NCBI GenBank assembly: GCA_951406725.2
Contig: OX597838.1
Coordinates: 310,001 to 374,000, forward strand
DNA length: 64,000 nucleotides
Reading direction: 5' to 3'
Source: Octopus vulgaris
Taxonomy: Eukaryota
This document shows, in pieces, positions 28,540 to 38,847 of this stretch. Position 1 is the stretch's first letter; each line of letters opens with the position of its first letter. Both the position numbers and the translations under genes were made by a program. The notes under the pieces were generated by a model, which worked only from the letters and a program-made list of their open reading frames with translations, was not told the origin of the DNA and made no database searches.

Positions 28540-30816
28540 TAAAAGCTAGAAGCTAATTCTTGTGTAAAGGTCATGCAAGGATCATCCAAGTATAAAATTA
28601 TTTGACTCAACAATCGGATGAGTTTACTTTCTGCATCCAAGTCACCAGGAATGTTTCTTTTTGAGGCTGCTTCTTCATAAAACAAGAGGACTGACTCCCT
28701 TCTTCTTCCTAAGAACGATTGATGGTCAAACTGTTCATACTTATACAAAAGCCTGTTTAGCCTTCAATTTGTGAGATGACAATCCCTGGGATAGAACAAC
28801 AGCTGAGGCTTCAGTGTCACACATAACTATTTCTTTCAGAGATCTTTTAACAATTCTTCTGATTTGTATAGTGAGTAATCCATTAACACTGTGGCACAAA
28901 TGTAAGAATGATTTATCAGAAGACTACAAATATTTAGCACAATTAAGATTGCCTGAGAGGAGGAGAGGAGCTCAGCAAGTTTGGCTAAACTGAATCTCAT
29001 CAAAATGAGGTGAATAATTTGATCCCAAAAGTTTTGCGAGAAACTTCATGATATTGATTCATTGACAAGATTCCTTGAAGAAAATGTCCCGAAACTTTTG
29101 TCAGACCAACAATTTGCATATACAACAATCACTGACCAAGTGACACATAAGAGAGGAGGATAATATTTTTTAGACGCACCAGGAACTGGGAAAACTTTTG
29201 TTACAAATTTAGTACCAGCCAAAGTACGGCAAAAAAAGGAAATAGCCTTAGCTGTAGTGAGCTCTGGAATGGCTGCAACTTTACTCCCAGGGGGTCGAAC
29301 AGCTCATGCAGCATTCAAGCTGCCATGCAATCCAACTTCAAATGATGAACTTGTCTGCAATATTAGTAAAAATTCTTTTTTAGCTCAAGTTCTCGTGAAA
29401 AGTTCTTTAATAATATGAAATGAAGCCACAAAGTCCCATAAACAATCAGTAGATGCCATTAACAGAATGCTGCAGGATTTGCGCAATTCCAATTGTTTGA
29501 TGTGAGGTGTGACAGAAGCACTTTCAGGTGATTTCAGACAAACTTTGCCAGTGATTTGCAGGGGCACAAAGGCGGATGAATCAAAAGTATATTTGAAATC
29601 TTCTATTTTATGGAAACATATCAAAGTCTTAAAGCTTTCTACAAATAAGCGGACACAATTGCATGGGGATCATTTGTCGGAAAAATTTGCCCATACTATT
29701 TTGCAACTCGGAGAAGGAAGGCTAGATACCAATCATGAAGGTGACTTGAATCCATCAGAAATCTGCACCTTGGTCAGCTCGGTTGAGGAATTCATTGAAA
29801 AATATTTTCCAAGTATAATTTAAAATTCCACAAATGCTGCTTGGTTGTGTGAAAGAAAAACCATGGCACCAAAGAACATTACCGTGAATAATTTGAATGA
29901 AAGTCTCAAGAAACTTTCACCAGGAAATGAATATACTTACAAATCTGTTGACTCTGTTGCGGATGAATTAGAGTTCTTGAACTCACTCTGGCCACCAGGA
30001 GCTCCTCCTCATTGCCTTCCATTGAAAATTGGCACTTTGATCATGCTTCTGCACAACCTTTCTCAAGCAAAGCTGTGCAATGGCACAAGACTTGTTGTCA
30101 AGAAATTAATGAGAAATGTCAAACAGTAATTTCTGGCTGTGGAAAAGGTGAAGATGTTTTTATTCCTCACTTACCTTCAATACCTTCCAGTGTACCCTTT
30201 GAGTTCAAATGACCTCAATTTCCAATACGTCTGTCTTTTACAATGTCCATTAATAAGTCCCATGGTCATACTTTGAAAGTTGCTGGTTTGCAATTAAAAG
30301 AGGCCTGTTTCTCACATGGTCAGTTATAAGTTGGGACATCCAGAGTGGAGAGCAAGAACAATCTTTTCATTTTTGCTCCAACTGGTAAAAGCCGAAATAT
30401 TGTCAACATGGAAGTTTTCACCATGGGATCAACAAATTTGCAGAATGAATAATAACTTTGAATTGATATTGACAACATCACACTATAGTCATCTATTATT
30501 GTTTGTTGTACTAAATTAGAGTACAAATGGTTTTAGTTTTCCCTGAACTTTTATTTAGTGACCTTGTACTAAACATAAACCAAAATCTGTGCGATTATTG
30601 ATTCATTTATAAACTGAAATACTATAGATCATAGATCAGAAGTTTATAGGCACCCATGATAATACTGGCCAGAAGAAAACACTTCTATTGTTAACATGAC
30701 AGTTAACAATCATTTCTTACATATATTCAATACAATCTAAGTGAATAACTTTCAAAATTCATAGTACAATTTTGGCAGCTCTTGCAAACCCAGTCAATGA
30801 CAAGCGCTTCTGTTAG
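28540..30816 (+). pseudogene. Decayed Helitron RepHel: PIF1-like helicase pseudogene with a degenerate 3' end
   Basis: Motifs FLDAPGTGKTF, SSGMAATLLPGGRTAH, GDFRQTLPV, LCNGTRL, FPIRLSFTMSINKSHG and FSHGQL, with many stops and frameshifts. Eroded hairpin plus TTAG|T at about 30790-30817. Confidence 0.88.
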
Positions 30817-31356
30817 TATATATATGTAAAAAGCACTACTCACCTCGTGTGTGCTTGTGCCATGTAAAAAGTACTAAGTCCACTCTGCTGAGTGGTTGGT
30901 GTTAGGAAGGGCATCCAGCTGTAAAAATCCTGCCAAAACAGTTACAGAAGTATGGTGCAAGCTTTGGCCTGGCTGGCTCTTGTGAAACCGTCCCACCCAT
31001 GCTAGCATGGAAGTTGGGTATTAGACGATGACGATGATGATGATATATGCAACACATACACTTGTATGTGTTGCATACAATGAGCCCCTCTCTAGATGAG
31101 TTATACCATATTCATACACACAAGACATCAGTAAACTTGAGGCTATGGTCGAAGAATTGGCCAAGGTACCATAAAGTGGGATCAAACCACGAAATACATG
31201 GTTACAGAGCAAACTGTTTAACCAGCAATGCTCCAGTATGGCCTTGCCTGTAAACCAATTAATGATAACTAATAAATGAAAATTGAATATCATTAATTGT
31301 AACAAATTAGTTCAGAAAATCAGATAATTTAATTATTTATTTATATCACACATTGT

Positions 31357-31503
31357 TTACAATTTTTGAAGAAAATTTTTTAGTCTTGGGAATAATTTAA
31401 AGGCATTTTGGGTTGTTATCTCACAGACATGACTAACATCAGTTCCTTTGATTCTAGCAATGTATTCAGCAGATATTTGGATATTTTGAGGTTCGTTTCT
31501 CAT
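31357..31503 (-). CDS. TATDN3: TATDN3 last exon
   Basis: ttccag|ATGAGA...TAA. Encodes MRNEPQNIQISAEYIARIKG...TTQNAFKLFPRLKNFLQKL*. Confidence 0.93.
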   Translation of the reverse strand: MRNEPQNIQISAEYIARIKGTDVSHVCEITTQNAFKLFPRLKNFLQKL

Positions 31504-31554
31504 CTGGAAAATAAATAATTCAGAAAAAAAGAGAAGAAGAATAATACAAGTGAG

Positions 31555-31587
<33 letters not shown>

Positions 31588-31798
31588 GCAATAATAATTC
31601 TCTAAAAGGAATATAGACAGTAACTGCTCGATAACATAAGGGACTAAAGCCATCTGAATATGGCTAGGGACAGGGCAGGGTGGTGGGGGTGTTACTGTTG
31701 CATTTAGCCCCAGGCGAACATCGACGTCACCAGAAAGGCTCGACACCGTCACGGTGCCCTAAACCTGCAAAGGGAGGTAATTCCCCGATGAAGCGGAA

Positions 31799-31850
31799 AC
31801 CACACACGGACCATGGTTTCAAGGTGTATTGCCTATCATCGGCGTGTGGT
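31799..31850 (-). ncRNA. Type I hammerhead ribozyme, copy 1
   Basis: Minus strand: acCACACG-CCGAUGA-uAGGcaauacaCCUu-GAAA-CcaugGUC^CGUGUG. Stems I, II and III are present and the cleavage triplet is GUC. The core has C at position 4 (CCGAUGA instead of CUGAUGA). Confidence 0.78.
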
Positions 31851-32158
31851 AGGCCTCCGCTTCCTCGACGAATTCTCACTCTGCAGGATTTTCTTATATA
31901 GATTTTCAAGCAAAATACATTTGCTGATTTCGAAAATCTGTTCGAAAGCAATAATAATTCTCTAAAAGGAATATAGACAGTAACTGCTCGATAACATAAG
32001 GGACTAAAGCCATCTGAATATGGCTAGGGACAGGGCAGGGTGGTGGGGGTGTTACTGTTGCATTTAGCCCCAGGCGAACATCGACGTCACCAGAAAGGCT
32101 CGACACCGTCACGGTGCCCTAAACCTGCAAAGGGAGGTAATTCCCCGATGAAGCGGAA

Positions 32159-32210
32159 ACCACACACGGACCATGGTTTCAAGGTGTATTGCCTATCATC
32201 GGCGTGTGGT
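32159..32210 (-). ncRNA. Type I hammerhead ribozyme, copy 2
   Basis: Identical to copy 1, offset +360. Confidence 0.78.
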
Positions 32211-32518
32211 AGGCCTCCGCTTCCTCGACGAATTCTCACTCTGCAGGATTTTCTTATATAGATTTTCAAGCAAAATACATTTGCTGATTTCGAAAATCTG
32301 TTCGAAAGCAATAATAATTCTCTAAAAGGAATATAGACAGTAACTGCTCGATAACATAAGGGACTAAAGCCATCTGAATATGGCTAGGGACAGGGCAGGG
32401 TGGTGGGGGTGTTACTGTTGCATTTAGCCCCAGGCGAACATCGACGTCACCAGAAAGGCTCGACACCGTCACGGTGCCCTAAACCTGCAAAGGGAGGTAA
32501 TTCCCCGATGAAGCGGAA

Positions 32519-32570
32519 ACCACACACGGACCATGGTTTCAAGGTGTATTGCCTATCATCGGCGTGTGGT
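32519..32570 (-). ncRNA. Type I hammerhead ribozyme, copy 3
   Basis: Identical to copy 1, offset +720. Confidence 0.78.
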
Positions 32571-32878
32571 AGGCCTCCGCTTCCTCGACGAATTCTCACT
32601 CTGCAGGATTTTCTTATATAGATTTTCAAGCAAAATACATTTGCTGATTTCGAAAATCTGTTCGAAAGCAATAATAATTCTCTAAAAGGAATACAGACAG
32701 TAACTGCTCGATAACATAAGGGACTAAAGCCATCTGAATATGGCTAGGGACAGGGCAGGGTGGTGGGGGTGTTACTGTTGCATTTAGCCCCAGGCGAACA
32801 TCGACGTCACCAGAAAGGCTCGACACCGTCACGGTGCCCTAAACCTGCAAAGGGAGGTAATTCCCCGATGAAGCGGAA

Positions 32879-32930
32879 ACCACACACGGACCATGGTTTC
32901 AAGGTGTATTGCCTATCATCGGCGTGTGGT
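32879..32930 (-). ncRNA. Type I hammerhead ribozyme, copy 4
   Basis: Identical to copy 1, offset +1080. Confidence 0.78.
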
Positions 32931-33238
32931 AGGCCTCCGCTTCCTCGACGAATTCTCACTCTGCAGGATTTTCTTATATAGATTTTCAAGCAAAATACAT
33001 TTGCTGATTTCGAAAATCTGTTCGAAAGCAATAATAATTCTCTAAAAGGAATATAGACAGTAACTGCTCGATAACATAAGGGACTAAAGCCATCTGAATA
33101 TGGCTAGGGACAGGGCAGGGTGGTGGGGGTGTTACTGTTGCATTTAGCCCCAGGCGAACATCGACGTCACCAGAAAGGCTCGACACCGTCACGGTGCCCT
33201 AAACCTGCAAAGGGAGGTAATTCCCCGATGAAGCGGAA

Positions 33239-33290
33239 ACCACACACGGACCATGGTTTCAAGGTGTATTGCCTATCATCGGCGTGTGGT
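33239..33290 (-). ncRNA. Type I hammerhead ribozyme, copy 5
   Basis: Identical to copy 1, offset +1440. Confidence 0.78.
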
Positions 33291-34047
33291 AGGCCTCCGC
33301 TTCCTCGACGAATTCTCACTCTGCAGGATTTTCTTATATAGATTTTCAAGCAAAATACATTTGCTGATTTCGAAAATCTGTTCGAAAGCAATAATAATTC
33401 TCTAAAAGGAATATAGACAGTAACTGCTCGATAACATAAGGGACTAAAGCCATCTGAATATGGCTAGGGACAGGGCAGGGTGGTGGGGGTGTTACTGTTG
33501 CATTTAGCCCCAGGCGAACATCGACGTCACCAGAAAGGCTCGACACCGTCGAGGTTTAGGGCACCGTGACGGTGTCGAGCCTTTCTGGTGACGTCGATGT
33601 TCGCCTGGGGCTAAATGCAACAGTAACACCCCCACCACCCTGCCCTGTCCCTAGCCATATTCAGATGGCTTTAGTCCCTTATGTTATATATATATATATA
33701 TATATATATATACTATAAGTAATACTCATCGTTGATCAGGCAATTACTTTTACTGTTTCTTGGGAGCCACATTCAAAGTATTCTTATAAACATAATTTAC
33801 TCCTCCTGTATGTGTGCGTTTTTATAAGAGAAAAATAATAATTGAAGTAGAAAAAAGATCAATTTCATATATGACCTTCTGTTTATTATATGACCATAAT
33901 AAATGAGTTGTATGTGTTATTCCCCCCCCCCCGCCCTTTCTCGGAGAGGCACAAGCACCGACACACACATATACACAAGCGGCAGTAACTTCCGCCTACC
34001 AAATTCAATCACAAAATTTCGGTTGGCCCGGTGTAAATTATATATAT

Positions 34048-34630
34048 ATCATCATCATCATCATCCTCATTTAATGTCTGCTTTCCATGCTGGCATGGGT
34101 GGTTTGACTAAAAACTGGTAAGCCAGGAGGCTGCACCAGGTTCCAGTCTGATTTGGCATAGTTTCTATGGCTGGATGCCCTTCCTAACGCCAACCACTCG
34201 AGAGTGTTGTTTATGTGCCACCAGCACAAGTGCCATTGACATCAACCATAATCCCACTTGGCTTGACAGGTCTTCACGTGCATGGTGTATAGCCAAAGAT
34301 CTTTCCATGGCACCAGCTTTAGTCACAACCATTTCACTTGGTTTGACAGGTCTCCACACAGCTTTTTGCCAAATATTTGAAAAGTGCATTTTATGTGCGA
34401 GTTACATGACACTGGCCTTGGCCACAACTGTGACCCCACTTGGCTTGATGGGTCTTCTCAAGCACGGCATATCGCCAAAGGTCTTGGTCACTTGTCACTG
34501 CCTCCGTGATGCCCAACATTTGATGGTCATGCTTCACCACCTCATCCCATGTCTTCCTGAGTCTACCCCTTCCATAGGTTCCTTCCACAGCTGTCCTCGT
34601 CCATAAACATCACCTGACCATACCAGCATG
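34048..34630 (-). mobile_element. RTE LINE 3' end
   Basis: (CAT)n, family 3' UTR and GRGRLRKTWDEVVKHD. Related copies at about 17930-18440, 21110-21540, 28084-28455, 35995-36565, 41207-41605, 57928-58510, 60160-60690 and 62965-63385. Confidence 0.75.
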
Positions 34631-34712
34631 ACATAATATATACACACACACTCACACGGCATTTACTCATGTTTAATATCCAATCACTTTCCTCTAGTAT
34701 TACAATGTATCA

Positions 34713-34787
34713 CCAGATTTATTATAACCGGATTTATTATAACCAGATTTATTATAACCGGATTTATTATAACCGGATTTATTATAA
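34713..34787. repeat. 15-bp minisatellite, 5 copies
   Basis: (CCRGATTTATTATAA)5. Confidence 0.9.
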
Positions 34788-34903
34788 CTTGTGTTAAAAA
34801 TAAAGACACTAAAAAAGATAGACATGAAACAAAATAAGAATCGAATTTTAAAGTAACTTTTGAACTTCACTGATTTAAAAAATAAAGTGCAACAGTTTGT
34901 TAA

Positions 34904-35982
34904 CCCTTTCGTTACTATATTTCTGACCAAATTACACCCCTTATGTGTTTCAATTAATTTCTAACGTAATCATAAATTTAGTCTGGTTTCATTAAACAAC
35001 TATAACTTTTTTATTTATCGATATATTAATCTGATTTTTGGAAGATAATTTAATGAAATGTTCTCAACCAATTCTATACTATAATTTTTGTCACAAAGTG
35101 ACTGTAATTGCAGGTAGATACAGGTAAATTCCACAAAATATAAAATTATTAAAATTTTGTTCAAACATCGCTATAGAAAATGGGTTATTAGCTAATATTC
35201 AATTGGGTATACAACAAAATTTTACGATAGAATTTGTTATTCTGGGTAACTTTCTAATACCCATAATAATATTTATGGCAAAATAGTCTTAATTTCATTT
35301 AAAGTTGTGGGAAACCACAAACTATCCTTTCTTTCGCTTTGTTTACGTTTAGCGTAATGGTTCGTTTCTGCCGTAATGATAGGCTCATTCGAAAAAGTAA
35401 ATAGAAATAGCCTAAGGCTTTACCCTTCTGGGAAAGTCTGTGGCTTGGTCCAGTTTCTTCAGAAAAACCACCGAAAGAAACAGTTTTTAAATTTTCACTC
35501 CATTCAGGTGCCAATTCGTTTTCTTTATCGCTATCGGAGATCTCAGATTCACTGTTTTCACTTTCGGAAAATGAAACATCAGATTCATTATCAAATACCA
35601 CATGCTTTTTTTTTTTAGTCATAGAGTTAGATTTATGAAGGTCTTCAGTAGAAAATCCTTCAAATTCTGACTCGCTGCTTGATATAATGAAATTCGTATC
35701 CATTTTTTGTCAGAATTACAAATTTTGAAAACACAATAGGAACAAATTTTGGAAAAAAATCTCCCAAAATTCACGGAATTAAAATTACACTTCGATTATT
35801 GTACAAAACTGTAGTTGAACTGTTTACGAAGTATAATACGTGTTTTCACGAATGTACTGAAGAGATTTGCTCTGATATTCTCATTTAAATATGAATAGGT
35901 AAATTCGGGCGGCTTTGGGCGGTTTGGTCTTATAAGCCAAAATTTTTTTCGGGCGGCTTTGGGCGGTTTGGTAACGAAAGGG
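34904..35982 (-). mobile_element. Non-autonomous piggyBac-type element
   Basis: TTAA TSDs (34900-34903, 35983-35986). TIRs CCCTTTCGTTAC/GTAACGAAAGGG. Two subterminal TTCGGGCGGCTTTGGGCGGTTTGGT repeats. Acidic ORF remnant 35299-35703 resembles a piggyBac transposase N-terminus. Confidence 0.88.
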
Positions 35983-37453
35983 TTAAGTCACAGCATCATC
36001 ATCATAATTTAACATCTGTTTTCCATGCTGGCATGTCTTGGAGATGATTTGACAGGAAATGGCCAGTTAGCGGGGGGGGGGCTACCCAAGTACCAATTGT
36101 CTGTTTTGGAATGGTTTCTACAGCTGGATGTCTTTCCTAGTGTCAACCACTTCACTGAGTGTATTGGCCACTTCTATGTGCCATGGGCACAGGTGCCTTT
36201 ATGTGGCACTGGCATAAGTGCTTTTTACATGACACCAGCAGCCATGATCCCACAATAGAAGGAGCTCTTAGCTGAGAGAGGGACACAGGGGACATACCTG
36301 TATATATTGATGGCCACAATTTTACTTCCCTTGGCATGTCTTCTCATGCAGAGCAAACCACCAGAAGTCTCAAACCCTTGTCATCTCCTCTGAGACCCAA
36401 CATCTGAAGATTGTTTCTCACTACATCATCCCACATCTTCTTGGGTCTAGCCCTTCTACAGATTCCCTTTACAATTAGGGATCAGCACTTCTTTACACAG
36501 CTGTCCTCATCCATATGCATCACATGACCATACCAGTACAGTCTTCTCTCGTGCACACTACACTGACATTATCCAGCAGATGGATAATGCCGGTGAATAA
36601 ATATGTAGACACACACACACACACACAATGTAACACTTTTACATAGTTACTCTTATACACATATAGACAAGTGTAGCTATTTTAAATCACTAGATTTATC
36701 AATCTGCCAGTCAAAGAATTTATGATTCAGCTCTGATTTAAAAAATTTTCACATTTTATTTTCATTAACAACTTACAGGAGGATTGGCAGCAACCAGGAG
36801 CGTTTTTAGGGTCTCAGGGCTTCTCTGACGCTGGTGGGAGGAATAAGAGGAGGTTATCCTTTGGCCAGACATCTGGCTTGAAGGTTTGCAACAGAAACTC
36901 TTCACAGAAAGGCATTCAAGGGCCCAGTTAAGGTCTACCACACAAAAACAGGAACACATAACAGAGTACAGACGAGACGTAGCTTTATGGTCTCTGCTCG
37001 ATGCATTCAGGCATCTTGCATGAAATTGGAAATCTGATGAGTGTGCTCACTACACGTCTGTAGTGCAGGCATAAAAGCCACAAACTCCTGACACGGAAAT
37101 TTCCACAGATGCACAGGAATCGTGGCATAACCTCCCACTCAAAGGATTTTGCTTTGACAGCGAACAATAAAATCAGATCCTTTATGAACATAGCTCGTAT
37201 AGCCACACTGAGACACTGGACACAACTCATCCAACTGCCACCCTACACAACATCTGGGGTGCAAGACCCAGGAGTTACACTTCTATGCTCACTTAGCTGT
37301 TGCCTCGTCACATGTTCACTCTAACAGGTCTGTGCAAGGGACGGAGGCAATAGTGACAACAACAGCAACAATAAACCAAATAAAAAAAAACAGCAATTAA
37401 AAGGAAAGCAAAGCTGAAACAGACCAAAAGTATGTTGACATCTTGCAACTGAC

Positions 37454-37534
37454 CTGTTTTTGAGGCGCAAGGGCTGGGGAATCCGATTCGAGAAGCAAGC
37501 AGTCCAAAGGTAATTGTTTCACTAATTTCTCCTT
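37454..37534 (-). CDS. TATDN3: TATDN3 exon 9
   Basis: ccaag|AAGGAG...AAACAG|gtcagt. Encodes KEKLVKQLPLDCLLLESDSPALAPQKQ (TatD ETDSP-like motif). Confidence 0.93.
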
Positions 37535-38512
37535 CTTGGTGAAACGACAGAACAGAAAAAAGGAAAACAATTATGAATTTTGTCGATTTATTGCTATCAA
37601 TATTTAAAACAAGACAAACAGTTTGAATGAAGTCGCTTAAGCTGCGGATCACAAAATGAGACATGCTTACAAGAGTTACCTCCCTTAACTCCAAGCCGGA
37701 ATCTCTTCGTTGTTATTCAAACAACCAGAAATAGTAGCTAGATCTCCCCCAAATCACACCCAACCTCTTACAAAAAGAACGCACTGGATAAGAAAGGTTA
37801 GAAACACTACAGCCGAATAAAAGAGGGGATGGTCATGGCTAGATATTCTCGATTTGGCTTGATCTGAGGCGACACCATCTTTTCAATGCTTTTTAGATTT
37901 AAATGGCTCCACAATAATTGTGATTAAATTTACTTTTATTTCAGTTAACAGCTTCATTACTATCACCGATAATTAATGTGACAATGAGACATGTAAACAG
38001 CTGGAAAACATTAAATGTCTCTGGGGAATGGGTTGGGGAAGGGATGTGTACAAAACGGTCCCTCGAGTCAAAAGAGTAAGCAGGGAAGTGATCCTGTATC
38101 CCATTTAGTGCACAGAGAAGTGACCCTGTCCATGAGACTGCTTCAAGATATATTTGAAAGTTGCACCGTTGGCCCAAGTAGTGTCAAGTATAAACTGTTA
38201 GCCCAGATGATCTCAGGTACCAAATGTTAGCCCAAGCAATGCTAAGCATTAATGGTTACCCCAGCAATATTCAGTACCAACTTCTACCTCAAGGAAAGAC
38301 AGATAACAATGAAAAGTGTTACATAAATACCAAAATGTCATACTAAACTCTGACTGGGTTGTCAATTCTCAGGTGGAATTGTTTCACCAAAAACTGTGGA
38401 AACAGCATGATGATGACAGATTCCTGTAACACCTTTCTTATAAATCTAAGATTCCATCTCTATGCAAGAGCAAGAAAGTCTGAAAGGAAAACATGTCCCG
38501 GTTTCACAATAC

Positions 38513-38625
38513 CTGTTCACTTCTGACGATCGACGGTGGAATTGAGAAATAAAAACCAGCTTTAACCCCTTCCATTGCAATGGAAGGGCGTCCATCAAAT
38601 GCATGAAGAAGAACATTTTCAGCTC
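38513..38625 (-). CDS. TATDN3: TATDN3 exon 8
   Basis: Encodes [38 protein letters not shown], with AG/GT borders. Confidence 0.95.
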
Positions 38626-38808
38626 CTGGAATTAAAATATAACAAAAATACTTTTTAAAATGTTTTATATTCTCTCTCGCTCTCTCTCTCTCTCTATTTA
38701 CGCACACACAACTCTCTCAACAGGTGAAGTCTGAATCTCTTAGATGAAGCCTTTAAGAAGTGCCCTAACAATGCCATAGTGTTTACGACTCACTTACCAA
38801 TCACATCA

Positions 38809-38846
<38 letters not shown>

Positions 38847-38847
<1 letters not shown>

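Larger units (their letters stand above)
31588..33687 (-). mobile_element. Hammerhead-ribozyme tandem array (retrozyme / non-autonomous Penelope-like element)
   Basis: Five full 360-bp units plus a partial unit (31588-33550), then an inverted partial copy (33552-33687). Flanked by (TA)n on both sides. One hammerhead fold per full unit. Confidence 0.8.

Noticed and set aside
31357-31752. 131-aa ORF fusing array sequence to the TATDN3 last exon
   Set aside because: It reads through a (TA)n tract and the polypyrimidine tract. The true exon begins at the AG acceptor at 31504.
31778-31835. Plus-strand hammerhead-like string CCGATGA-agcg-GAAAC...GTT
   Set aside because: Stem II cannot form from AGCG and stem I does not pair. 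It probably mirrors the self-complementary minus-strand fold. It would still be cheap to include as a control in a cleavage assay.
31680-33546. Repeated 66-74 aa ORFs in the 360-bp array
   Set aside because: They are by-products of the repeat, occur on both strands, are closed by stops in each unit and have no recognisable protein features.
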